From Octopus sinensis (Eukaryota): a DNA stretch of 64,000 nucleotides. Shown here piece after piece: positions 1 through 12,335 of this stretch (position 1 is the first letter of the stretch; each line of letters begins with the position of its first letter). Under the pieces are notes generated by a model. It was not told the DNA's origin, ran no database searches, and worked only from the letters and a program-made list of their open reading frames with translations. The stretch lies in NCBI RefSeq assembly GCF_006345805.1, contig NC_043010.1, forward strand, positions 18,352,001-18,416,000. Reading direction: 5' to 3'. The translations under genes were made by a program, and so were the position numbers.

Positions 1-139
1 CATATACGTATGTATATATGCATATATATATATATAATATATATATATATATTATATATATAATATATATATATATTATTATCATTATTTATATTATTAT
101 ATAGTGAACGCCACGCATCCTCTTCCAAGTAAGTTTTAA

Positions 140-195
<56 letters not shown>

Positions 196-198
<3 letters not shown>

Positions 199-408
199 AG
201 TCCACTCAGCTGGCAAAAATGAGTTGTACCTGTATTTCAAAGGACCAGCCTTATCACGCTTTGTGTCACGCTGAATCTCCCGGAGAACTACGTTAAGGAT
301 ACATATATCAGTGGAGTGCTCTACCACTTGCACGTTAATTTCGCTCGCAAGGTGTTCCGTTGATCGTATCAGCTGGGACCCTCGTCGTCGTAACCGATGG
401 AGTGCTCC
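196..408 (+). mobile_element. SINE family C subfamily, 3' part
   Basis: CCAGTCCACTCAGCTGGC...GTGTCACGCTGAATCTCCC...GTAACCGATGGAGTGC; homologous to 41078-41245 reversed. Confidence 0.75.
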
Positions 409-417
409 TATATATAT

Positions 418-476
<59 letters not shown>

Positions 477-532
477 CATAATATAAGGATTAAATCAATT
501 ACCATATAGGTAAAATTATATAGATTAATTAT

Positions 533-860
533 AATTAAGGGTGCTGAGAAACAGCACCTAGATGCTAGAGATAGACATCAGATTACTCTAAAAACCACTT
601 CAAATTACATTCCATTAGCACAAGACTGGAGGCGAGGAAATGAATAAAAGAGATTTAATAAAAATATTCTTTCAGGTTATTTCTAGGTCGTCCGATTTCT
701 GGTTTAGTAATATAATTACTTTACCATCACCAGTAGAATACACCAATAGTACATAAATGTAAATATATAGTCATGCTCATGGAATGTAATTTGAAGTGGT
801 TTCTAGAGTCATTTGACGTCTATCTCTAGCATATAGGTGCTGTTTTCAGTGCCCTTGATT
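533..860. repeat. Foldback element between (TA)n tracts, arms about 92 bp (533-627 / 769-860)
   Basis: Arms are reverse complements at roughly 85% identity by eye (e.g. ACCACTTCAAATTACATTCCAT / ATGGAATGTAATTTGAAGTGGT). Confidence 0.85.
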
Positions 861-871
861 ATATATATATA

Positions 872-1147
872 CTTTTATCTTTTACTTGTTTCAGTCATTT
901 TACTGCGGCCATGCTGATGCCCCGCTGAATGAACGGTTGTCAAGCAGTGGTGGGGAACAAATACAGACACACAGACACATGCATAAACGCATATTCATTT
1001 GTATATATATACCACGGGCTTCTTTCACTTTCCGTATACTAAATCCACTCACGCGGCTTTGGTCGGCCTGGGAATATAGAATAAGATACTTTCCCAAATT
1101 CTTATGAACTTTGAACCATGTGGTTGGGAAGCAAACTTCTTACCAGA
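872..1147 (-). mobile_element. SINE family A, internally deleted copy
   Basis: Tail TTTTACTTGTTTCAGTCATTT..CTGCGGCCATGCTG and head-side AACCATGTGGTTGGGAAGCAAACTTCTTACCA. Confidence 0.85.
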
Positions 1148-1227
<80 letters not shown>

Positions 1228-1270
1228 ATCTATCTATCTATTTATCTGTCTGTCTGTCTGTCTGTCTATC

Positions 1271-1310
<40 letters not shown>

Positions 1311-1685
1311 TAGGTAGATAGAAAGATAGATAGATAGATAGATACAGAGCTGTGTAATTAATGAAGAAACCGGGTTCACGTGCAAAAAAAAAACGTATTT
1401 CGTATTTCATGTTGTTTACTTTTGTGACGTCCCTTCGAAACACGCATTGAGCCGAAACAGGGGCAGCTGAAGAAGGGGAATGTTCTTTGTGTTGGTTGTC
1501 TTGTACTCTGTTTTTTCGTTGTTAAAAAAAGTCCGTTTCCTTGTTTGGTTTTATGTTTTTGTTTCTCGTTGTGTTCTACGTTTATTTGTGGTGTCCTGTA
1601 CCCATATATGCATGTATATATACATATAGATGTAGGCATGTATATATATGTATGTATGCATATGTTTTATTTATTATATTGTTAT

Positions 1686-1724
<39 letters not shown>

Positions 1725-1984
1725 ATGTATATATGTATATATATATATGTATATATATATATTTATTTATATATATGCATATACATATATGTACATATAT
1801 GTATGTATATACGCATATATATATGCATATATATATGTATTTGTATATATATATATGTATATATATGTATATATACATATAGATATATGCACACACATAC
1901 ATACATACATACATACATACATACATACATACATACATACATACATACATTCATGAAAACAATGCCAGTCATATGGCGAAACCC

Positions 1985-3566
1985 GGCCAACGGCATATCA
2001 GAATCAAATTTTATAAAATGTTGACAACCTTTCTGAGCGTAATCTTCCAAGGTCACGATGGCGTCATCACAGCTGGGATGAAAGAGGTTTGGGGAAGGGC
2101 TGAACGAGTTTTGATCATGAAAAATCTGTGCTGACAGAGGTGCGGTGGCATATGAGGAAGTATGTCACGGACGGCTGGGTTCCAGGAAAGTATTGGAGTC
2201 TGTTTCACACTCGTGGATATTTGCGTCCCTCTGACAAACTAAAGTTCCAGATACCATTTTCAAGGTCATAAACAACCTGACTTTACACTGGGCCACCAAC
2301 CAGGGAGCCATAGGGTAAAATACCACTGAGGTATCTTTCAAGGGAACAGTCTTCTCCGTGAAACTGTTTATCTACGCATGTTTTTTTCTGCCACGGAAAT
2401 AAATATGTGTATGTACATAAAGCATGCAGGTGCGTGGCATAGTGCTTAGGTTGTTGCACCCACGATCGCTAGATCATGAGTTCGACTCCTGGACCGGGCA
2501 GCACGTTGTGTTGTGTAGCAAAACACTTTATTTCACGTTGCTCCAGTCCAACCAGCTGTTTATATATGAATCCTTCATCGTTTTTTAAAATTAAGAATGC
2601 GTGATTCAATCAGAAGGGAAGAGAAACACCAGCGTCATAGATAGCTTCTTTCTGGACGATCTGAAAGTATGTCACAATACGCACGACACGAAGAAGAGTC
2701 AGACCTGTAAATGTCATCATTAAAGGAGACAGGGAAGGAATTTGGTCAGGATAAATGTTCCAAAAAGAATGTTAATCGGTGGAGAATTAACAAAGACGGT
2801 CTAGCAACATCTCTCTTCCATGGATTGACTATTTTTTTGCTATCTGACGAGAAATACAACGTCTACTTAGAAATGGCTGAAATTATGTGCTGTGATGTAA
2901 CTTTTTATTAAGGGAGACGTAACTAGGGAACATCATACAGGAATTTAAAAAAACAAACAATAATATCCTCAGAGCATTGGTCATGTAAGAACTGGTGCAA
3001 ACTCAATGGAATTAACACCGAAGACATTAACTACACAATAAGGAGCTGTCTCAAGACGTCATTACAATGCGGTCTATCTATGCGGCATGATGCCCTGGCC
3101 AAAACGTCGTACTTAGAGATTCATTGAAAGAATAGTCTCCAGGATCAAAATATAAGAAGCTACAGTGATGTGGAGGGCATCATCAATCATTATATGAAGA
3201 TGGAATATTTCTGTGAAAAGCTGTGTCAAATATAAACATAACAGACGAGATGTAATGACCTAGAACGAAGTAATGAAGGCACAAACGGTCGTGAAAATCA
3301 ACCGGCCAACGGATGTTAAAGGTAAGTGAGCGACTAAAGATCAACGGCGAAATAATCCGATATCTACCAGTAAGAAACCCGGCTTTAGATTTTCACCTGC
3401 GAAGATTAGGACTCGTTGGTTGTGTAACTGTCTGTCAAAGCATCAACATTACGAAGTTGGTCTTCACACAACCAGAACGGATATTTGGTAATTAGGAAAT
3501 TACTAAATTACAATCAACGATGACTGGGGCTGTGAAACTAAAACATTCCAGAATTTCACTCAGTAA
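1985..3566 (+). mobile_element. Degenerate R4-clade (restriction-like endonuclease) non-LTR retrotransposon: RT, zinc knuckle and RLE remnants, interrupted by a SINE
   Basis: Hand translation of fragments: FYKMLT, AGMKEVWG, WLGSRKVLESVSHSWI (LDYxKAFDSVPH-like), KVPDTIFKVINNLTLHWATN, SFFLDDLK (RT active site), KEFGQDKC (ORF 2711..2911), EDINYTIRSC...MRHDALAKT, KHNRRDVM (HNRPD-like RLE motif). Many stops and frameshifts. Confidence 0.8.
2426..2558 (+). mobile_element. SINE family C head inserted in the R4 remnant
   Basis: GTGGCATAGTGCTTAG, GAGTTCGACTCC, CACTTTATTTCACGTTGCTCCAGTCC. Confidence 0.78.
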
Positions 3567-3596
3567 AAAGTGCATGCACACACATGACTAAACACA

Positions 3597-3642
<46 letters not shown>

Positions 3643-3650
3643 ACATATAT

Positions 3651-3978
3651 AGGCGTAGGAGTGACTGTGTGGTAAGAGGCTTGCTTCCCAATTTCCAGCC
3701 ACATGGTTCCAGGTTCATTCCCACTGCATGGCACTTTGGGCAAGTGTCTTCTACTATAGCCTCGGGCCGACCAAAGCCTTGTGAGTGGATTTGATAGACA
3801 GAAACTGAAAGAAGCCGATGTTGGTGTGTTTACGTGCCCGTCACTTAGCGGTTCGGCAAAATATACCGATAGAATAAGTACTAGGCTTACAAAGATTAAG
3901 TACTGGGGTCGATCTCTTCGGCTAAAGCTGGTGCCCCAGCATGGCCGCAGTCAAATGACTGAAACAAGTAAAAGAAAA
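3651..3978 (+). mobile_element. tRNA-derived SINE family A (CORE-like segment, CR1-like tail)
   Basis: Head with A/B-box-like motifs (GTGACTGTGTGGTAAG, GGTTCATTCCC), then TTGGGCAAGTGTCTTCTACTATAGCC, tail GGTGCCCCAGCATGGCCGCAGTCAAATGACTGAAACAAGTAAAAG. This copy lacks the internal microsatellite. Confidence 0.88.
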
Positions 3979-3987
3979 ATATATATA

Positions 3988-4025
<38 letters not shown>

Positions 4026-4122
4026 ATATATATATATATTATATAATATATATATATATATGGATGGATGGATGGATGGATGCATGTATGTGAGTGTATA
4101 CATGTGATATGACACACATATG

Positions 4123-4156
<34 letters not shown>

Positions 4157-4866
4157 TGTATGAATGTATGTATGTATGTATGTATGTATGTATGTATGTA
4201 TGTATGTATGAATGTATGTATGTATGTATGTATGTATGTATGTATGAATGTGCACATACATAACATCAAACATGTGGGTCTACACATGGAATGACATACA
4301 TTTGCAGTTACTACTTTCACTATGTACATGCAAATAGAACTTCAGACATGAATACATATTTTATGTACCCCACACATGCGCATGCGCGTGTACAGATGTT
4401 GTTTGAATCTGGGTTACGTCGTTTTGCCACTAAAAGCATAAACTGGTTTCACTTCGCTTCTTTTTTTTCCCATTATTTGTCAACTAATTAATTAATCAAC
4501 CAATTAACTAATCGATTACTTGACTAATCGCTAGATCAATCAATCAATCAATCAATCAGTTGGTTTATGAAAATTCTTCCGTCACCACTGGCGACATCAA
4601 CCACGTGACATCCTTTCCTCGGCTCCATATTCTTATCACCATTCTCAGTTATTTTTATTTCACACCAAATCGAATTCAATAAAAAATATCTCTTCTTTCG
4701 AAATCAATCAACAATTGAAGAGTTCTCCTTGAAGTTTGCTGCTCGTTGTGTTTTCTTAATATCTTCCTACCTACCTACGTATCTTTGTATTTGTACCCCC
4801 TTTCTTTCTTTCTTTCTTCTTTCTTTCTTCTTTCTTCTTTCTTTCTTCTTTCTTTCTTTCTTTCTT

Positions 4867-4942
<76 letters not shown>

Positions 4943-5378
4943 CATATATATATATTATATATATATTATATATATAATATATCATGTTTGTTGTCACTAT
5001 TTCTGGTTGTCCTTGTCATCATCATCATCGTCGTCGTCATCATCAGCACCACCGCTGCCACCACCACCACTAGTACGTCGTCCACCAACACTACTATCCA
5101 CACTACCCACCACTACCATCCCCTATACCAGTCACTACCCTCACCACCACCACCACCACAATATCACCATCATCACTATCATCGTCTGCACAACCAGGCA
5201 ACACTCAATAGGCAGGAACTATGCCTCTGCGCCGATCCAAAAGTTCCATTTCAGACCGTCAGAGGAAAATGGAAACCATTGAAGAACTACATCACTTCCG
5301 GTACGGTTTGACCTAGATTGATGCTATGACAGATTATTTTAGGTGTGGGAATGAAAAGAAATGGCGAAATAGTGAGTA

Positions 5379-5425
<47 letters not shown>

Positions 5426-5939
5426 CAAATATTTACATCTTTTTATTCAAATTTTGTTCATTTTATACGTTATTCCTTGAATCATCCGAAGAATAATTCA
5501 GTAATGGACAAACCGACAGATAACTGATGGTTTGGACTGTTCTGCCATTCTAGTGGCATTCCACATTCTGTCCTTGTCTCACTTTGATATCCCTGGTTAC
5601 ACCAAACCAAAGGAGGAACAAATTACAACATTCCCACTTTCTCCAAGTGGACACTCAGCTCTTTTGTGAATGTTCTACTCCTTCTACTACATCTGGCATT
5701 GGTGAAATATTTACCAATCTTTCCTTCCACGACTATATACAAGTACAAGTACAACGGATATTATGAGACTTTCTCTGATTTTTAATCTTCGTAATTATTG
5801 ATATCCATATAATAGCTGTCTTTTGTCTGTTTTGCTGGTCCAATCCCACAGAGCAATGTTAACCAACAGGTAAGGATATTAATGCATGGACCTCAGTCTG
5901 AAATATCCATCCATCAATCCATCCATATATATATTATAT

Positions 5940-6004
<65 letters not shown>

Positions 6005-6221
6005 AAATGTAAGGAACGAAAACAATAGAAAAAATAGGTGGGACAAGTTTTGACAAATAGTGTTTGGTTAACCCACTTAAACTAAGAAGGAAATAGTTTC
6101 AACGTTTCGGATGTTAATCTTTTCGCAGAAGGAAACAAAAACAGGATTACTATAGCGCAATGGTAGAATGTCTGCTCTGCTCTGCTGTGTGCGTGTGTGA
6201 ATGTATGTGTGTGTGCGCGCG

Positions 6222-6433
6222 CGCGTCTTTGTGGCTGTTTTTGTCCCCCGCCATTGTTTGACAACCAGTGTTGGTGTGTTTACGTCCATGTAACCTAGCG
6301 TTTCGGCAAAAGTGGCCGCTAGGATAAGTATCAGGCTTTAATAAAAGTACTGGGATCGATTCATTTGACTAGATATTTTTGAATGTGGTACCCCAGGATG
6401 GTCGCAGTCTAATGACTGAAACAAGTAAAATAG
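6222..6433 (+). mobile_element. SINE family A, 3' half
   Basis: GTTGGTGTGTTTACGTCC...AGTCTAATGACTGAAACAAGTAAAA. Confidence 0.82.
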
Positions 6434-7670
6434 ATGTCCACTGTAGCTTCTGAGATAACAGATGTTGGGGCGACGGAGTATCTTGATAATGATGGTGGCG
6501 ATGTAAGGGAGGGTTGCATGGCTAGTGATGGTTGCCTTTGTTGTTTGGGTGATGTTGTTGGTGGTGATTGGGACAAGACGTAGTATGTGGAATGGTATGT
6601 GCGTGTGTATGCTTGGAAGTTTGTATGTTTGGAAGTTTGTATGTTCACCCTGGTGTATTTGAGAGACCGAGTCAAAAATTAACTGACACGGTCCAGTTTT
6701 CAGCTTCAAATAGGTACCACATGTAAGACACCCTTGTATCGTAATGAGTGTTGCTGTTCACAGGTAGTGCTCAATCCATTCTCTATTTAGAAAAATATAT
6801 GTGCCCAGAATTCTAATCTCCTGAAGAGCTAATCCAAATAACACCATTAATCAATAGGCTTAAGTGTTCTGTCTCTTAAACGGCAAATATTTAATGAAAG
6901 CTGGCATATATAAAATACAGGTAAAATTTGAAAAACGAGTGACGCAGGCAGATAAATCATACGCTAATATTAACGGAAGTAGTTTTAAATGCAGTCATCT
7001 TAGATACACATCAATGTTCAGTGACGAAGAGAGAAGGAATGTCTAATACTTTAACCTGGAATGATCTATCGTTTAACACAATATAAATGCTAAGGCAGAG
7101 ATAATGTCTACATGTCACTATAAGAGTAAGTTTTACTTGGTAAATTACAATAAAGATATAATATCCAATTGACTGACCTACTTAAAACAAACAAACAAGC
7201 AAAAAAGAAGCAAATCAACGCACCATTATCAGCACTTAGGTCAAAAAGGATTTTAAACAGTAATGAATATAGAGACCTAAGGACTAATAAAGGCGTCTTA
7301 AAATAATTAGCAAAAGAATTAAACTCTAACAAAGTCGTGCCTTTAATATGACGCACACGTACACATAAATTCGCGTATGCGGCTTATATTAAATGGTAGG
7401 TAAATACTTCTATTTTAAAGTAAAAAGAGATTGAGCATTTCTCGCTGAGGGAAGAATTGTGGGAGAAGGAAATGACGTCTGGTGATTGATACAAAAATGA
7501 CAGGAAAAATCACAGCTCCAACACTGCCTTTAGACAACGTTCGAGTGGTAGTCGAACCAAGGGCTTGCCTATGTTGTAAGATAATTGGACAGCAGAACAG
7601 AGGATAGTTTAGTCCTTAACAAAAACAAAACCCTCCAGTTTAAATGGATTTTCTCAGGGAAAAACATTTG

Positions 7671-7710
<40 letters not shown>

Positions 7711-7861
7711 CACACGCACACACACACACGCACATACACACACATAAAGCTGATATCGAGGTACATGTGTTCATTCATATTTGTATGATGGACTTTCCGG
7801 CCAAACGACCAGCACAAATGATTTGTTTATGAGAGATCAAATGTTCGTGCCGCACATAAGT

Positions 7862-8055
7862 TCACTCCTTCCATCAAATAGACATTACCTGAACAGGTGA
7901 ACAGGTGTGCCACGGGTCAGGTGTCGAAGTTTCTGCAGAACAACGTGAGATGAAGTGTTTTGCTCAAGAACACAACGCACCACTTGGTCTAGGAATCGAA
8001 ACCCTGATCTCGCGACCGTAAGTGCAACACACTAACCACGGGGCCATGTGTCGTC
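7862..8055 (-). mobile_element. SINE family C, diverged
   Basis: TTTTGCTCAAGAACACAACGCA...GGAATCGAAACC...CTAACCACG. Confidence 0.72.
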
Positions 8056-8099
8056 ACGTAATTTTATATATAAATGTGTGTAATAACATTTATTACGAC

Positions 8100-8505
8100 T
8101 AAGGCGGCGAGCTGGCAGAATCGTTAGCAAGCCGGGCAAAATGCTTAGCGGTATTTCGTCTGTCGTTACGGTCTGAGTTCAAATTCCGCCGAGGTCAACT
8201 TCGCCTTCATCGTTTCGTGGTCGATTAAATAAGTACCAGTCACGCACTGGGGTCGATATAATCGACTTAATCTGTTTGTCTGTCCTTGTTTGTCCTCTCT
8301 GTGTTTAGCCCCTTGTGGGTAGTAAAGAAATAGGTATTTCGTCTGTCGCTAAGTTCTGAGTTCAAATTCCGCCGAGGTCGACTTTACCATTAATCCTTTC
8401 TGGGTCGATAAATTAAGTACGAGTCAAGTACTAGAGTCGATGTAATCGACTATCACCCCTCCCCGAAATTTCAGGCCTTGTGCCTATAGTAGAAAGGATT
8501 AATTA
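8100..8505 (+). mobile_element. tRNA-derived SINE family B, two-unit form
   Basis: AAGGCGGCGAGCTGGCAGAA head, B box GAGTTCAAATTCC, GGTCGATTAAATAAGTACCAG domain, then a second unit ending TTGTGCCTATAGTAGAAAGGATT. Confidence 0.88.
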
Positions 8506-8599
8506 GTACGACTAAAAATTAATCCATTCATCGCAAGTCCCATCTCTCCTCCCTGGGCAATGGACTTCACCCTCAGGAAATGGACTTCACACACTTCTC

Positions 8600-9900
8600 T
8601 ACATGTTAGGTAGTAACTAATAGAATATCACCATGTACGCCAATATACTACCAGCAGAAAGTAGTCAACCAGTTCGTCAATGCCTGGAAAAGTACAAAAC
8701 TCTTCAGTTGGACTTTCTTTCGATAAACCTCCATTGCCTGCTGATGTTCTACCAAGCAACACGTCCAATCTGTAAAAATAAAAAAACACTATGGGCGTCT
8801 GTTGATATTCGTATGGAACTCAGACTTACTGGAATCCTGGTCATCCTAGCATTGGACCATCTGAAACGTAGAGCACTGCACTCCACACGACATATCACAA
8901 CAGAGATACATGGATGACGGTCTTTGACTGATCAATTCCAGAAACAAAGCCATTAATTCCATGTGACCTTCCATGTTCTTCATGTTATCAAGTCAGATAA
9001 TAAATATCCACCAGCAGGGGACTCCCTAAACCAGCCCACATCCCACGGACTTTCATGGCGAATCTAAGTCCAGTTCTACAAGAAATAGAATGACATTTTT
9101 TTTCCCACGCAGACACTGTATATCCATAATGCTTCAAATACCTTACAGCAACGAATGAACTGTTCTGATGAATGATCAAATGCAGCGAGGTTACGCGGAG
9201 AAGTTTCGTGAGGAAAACATTAGAAAAATGAAATCTGTTCGGAGCTATGTACTACGTTCCATGAAGCTATTTCTCACCCACCATAAAGGCACACGTTGAC
9301 AAACATAACAGTCGGTATTGGCACCGTCCGGGCGGATGGTGGCACAGATAAAGAAAAATGTAAAAAGAATTAAAACTGGGTTTAGCGGCCATACTTTGGA
9401 ATGCAGACTGACAAGGCATTTCTTTTTCTCTTTCCGATAGACATAATTAAAACACAAAAGAACGCGGTCACACTGACCGTTGTCCAACCAGATCAGAGAA
9501 AGAACCAACACACAATGGTCAATCATTATGCTTAGTAAGCAATGTTGTTTATAAATCATCCAGCTAATGTGAAGACATACTTGTTGGAGCCACCAAATTG
9601 TAGTTGCACTTCAGAATGGCAGAACACTTTTACAAGGCCATGCCATAGTATTCCAACAACGACAAATATTCAAAAACATATATAAAAACACCGAAAAAGG
9701 CGAGACACACAGGCGAGGATGTGGAGTCACGTTTCAGTAGGAATCAGAGCAGCTACATTGAATTGCTGAGGGGGAGTTAGACACGTGCAGATGTATACGA
9801 AGACAGACCGAGCAATAAAAATATGTAATCTGAGTTTTTCGACTTCCAATATATCGATGACAGCAAAAATCGGGATGGGACTGTTCGTTGGCGAAGAGTT
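8600..9900 (+). mobile_element. Possible highly decayed mariner (DD41D-like) transposase remnant
   Basis: Scattered motif remnants in the expected order: TFHEAISH and HVDKHNSRYW (about 9250-9325), IVFQQ (about 9645), VYEDRPS (about 9795). No TIRs found. Confidence 0.35.
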
Positions 9901-9936
9901 TTGTGATGTATCAGCGCATGGCGTGTTGACGCATTG

Positions 9937-9999
<63 letters not shown>

Positions 10000-10011
10000 G
10001 CAACAAAATAT

Positions 10012-10203
10012 TCTTTTATTTGTTTCAGTCATTTGATTGTGGCCATGCTGGACCACCGCCTTTAGTCGAACAAATCGACCCTAGGACTTATTCTTTGTAA
10101 GCATAATGCTTATTCTATCGGGCTCTTTTTGCCGTTAAGTGACTGGGACGTAAAACACACCAGCATCGGTTGTCAAGCGATGGTGGGGACAACATAGACA
10201 CAA
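10012..10203 (-). mobile_element. SINE family A, 3' half
   Basis: TTGTTTCAGTCATTTGATTGTGGCCATGCTGG...CATCGGTTGTCAAGCGATGGTGGGG. Confidence 0.85.
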
Positions 10204-10210
10204 TTACCAA

Positions 10211-10245
<35 letters not shown>

Positions 10246-10278
10246 ATATTATATATACATACATTACATATACACATA

Positions 10279-10511
10279 CAGGGTTGGCCAAAAGTCACCC
10301 GACAGTAAATCAAAATTCCATAAATACTTAATATTCAATTTTATTTATTCATTCTAATTATGAATGTTTAATAGTTGAATGATGTGAATTAAAATCATTT
10401 CTTTTCAGCGTTTGTCTGTTTGCTGGCGAAGTCTCATTCAGTTGTTAAACATAAATAAATCATAGAATAAATGGTTTTGATTTACTGTCAGGTGACTTTT
10501 GGCCAACCCTG
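10279..10511. mobile_element. 233-bp Tc1/mariner-type MITE
   Basis: 37-bp TIRs CAGGGTTGGCCAAAAGTCACC(C/T)GACAGTAAATCAAAA (36/37 match), TA on both flanks, no coding capacity. Confidence 0.93.
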
Positions 10512-10869
10512 TATACAGTATTAATAATGATAAGGAAAATGGAGATTTTTCACATCCATAATTTTATTTAACAGTTATTTGCAACATCCTTTACTGGACC
10601 TACGCGCGTCTCAACTGCATCGACTGCAAACTGTTGGAAATGCAACCTTATCATTATGAATACTGTTATTTACATTACGGAAATTATGCTGTCCTAAATA
10701 GGACACTCGGATTTACAAAGTGGGAAAGGTTGCCTGAGCCTAACAACTTATTGTTAATTCGGGTATCACAAAAGGTCCTTTGGGGTTAGCCGACATCTGA
10801 AACCGAATTAAGAGGAAACACGGCAATCGCCAGGAGAATATATTCTTTGAACTTATGTTATATATATAT

Positions 10870-10904
<35 letters not shown>

Positions 10905-10906
<2 letters not shown>

Positions 10907-11200
10907 CGCGGTATCGCTCAGACGTCGGATGTTGTCATACATCGCTGGTCACAATGCACTTGACGTCGTTTTAGCTTTCGAATGATGCCTCTCAGCAGCT
11001 GGGTAGAGAACAGGCCAACATCCAAACTTGGTCGGGTGGCTAGTCGGGTACAGAGTGATCCGTTTACAGCTGAGTGGATTTGAGCAACGGGAATTGAACG
11101 CGTTTACTCGAGAAAACGCGCCGTCACCTAGTCAGGAATCGAAAACACTTCCTGTGATCGTGAGTGCACACATCCCTAACCACTGAGCTATGCCCTTCAT
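10905..11200 (-). mobile_element. SINE family C variant
   Basis: TTTACAGCTGAGTGGA...CAGGAATCGAA...CCCTAACCACTGAGCTATGCCCTTC. Confidence 0.72.
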
Positions 11201-11204
11201 ATGC

Positions 11205-11264
<60 letters not shown>

Positions 11265-11284
11265 ATATATATGTGTGTGTTGTG

Positions 11285-11315
<31 letters not shown>

Positions 11316-11491
11316 TGTGTGTGTGTATGCCAAAGGTAAGTGAGTTAACGGTTGGAGTAACCATCTAAGGGATAAGAATATCCGTTATTACTACTGATGT
11401 AAATAACCTATGTTAACCCTGGGCATGGGTATACAAGCTATGCACATCGGATACAGGTAATAACAGAATAAACGAGAGTTTATCAGGAATC

Positions 11492-11878
11492 AAATTTAAA
11501 ATGAGAGAATGGAGAAAACTTTTGAGCAACAAAAAGTTGACTACTATCGTTTAAATATTTTCTAATACAAGGCTTGAATATTGCTTACAGCCGTTTCTGC
11601 TGCCAATGTCAGTCGGTGCCGCCAAAGAAAATTGTGAGAATAATATTCGTCATTTTTATAGCACATCCGATCTAGTACATGGAGCTTCATCAGAGTGAAT
11701 GCAAATGCATAAAAGAAGAGAAGAAGGAAGAAGAAAGAACAGGGCCCCGAGATGAGATATTGGCAGCAGAAACGGCTGTAAGCAATGTTCAAGCTTTGTA
11801 TTAAAAAATATTTAAACGATGGCAGTCAATTTGTTTGTTGATCAAGAGTTTTCTCCATTTTCTGCTCATTTTAAATTT
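11492..11878. repeat. Foldback element, arms about 120 bp (11492-11610 / 11756-11878)
   Basis: e.g. TTGCTTACAGCCGTTTCTGCTGCCAAT / ATTGGCAGCAGAAACGGCTGTAAGCAA perfect; outer AAATTTAAAATGAG / CTCATTTTAAATTT. Confidence 0.88.
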
Positions 11879-11886
11879 ACACACAT

Positions 11887-11923
<37 letters not shown>

Positions 11924-12014
11924 ATAAAAAGTGACAAGAAAAGAGTGAGACCTCGATATTAGGTAAATAGAGAATATTTATATATATGTATAGTTTAGGA
12001 CAATCAGTAAGTTT

Positions 12015-12082
12015 TCATAATAGTACTCAGAGTTTCAAATGCCAGAGCTAAGAGCTACGATGCATTCTCATCGGCTATTATG
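12015..12082 (-). ncRNA. Type-I hammerhead ribozyme motif (PLE-associated)
   Basis: Minus strand: TCATAATAG-CCGATGA-GAATGC(19 nt)GCATTT-GAA-ACTC-T-GAGT-A^CTATTATGA. Helix I 9 bp, helix II 6 bp with one G-U, helix III 4 bp, GUA triplet; U4C core variant. Confidence 0.75.
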
Positions 12083-12285
12083 ACAATAGACGCTATAAAA
12101 GAAACCCGGGAAGTTACTCTAATAGGTAGGAAAAATATAAAAGATAAAAAACATAGGTATAAAACCTCCTGCGTTCATAACGTCTACATACGTATATAGA
12201 GATAATCATACTTGTATGTATAAATGTCTAGATATATGTGTATTGCAGGCATACACGGATGCGTATATCATGATGAAGTTTCGTG

Positions 12286-12335
<50 letters not shown>

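Noticed and set aside
5480-5900. Possible decayed Penelope GIY-YIG fragment on the minus strand
   Set aside because: Only faint motif traces (NVV, ET-GQNVE) across frameshifts; too weak to call.
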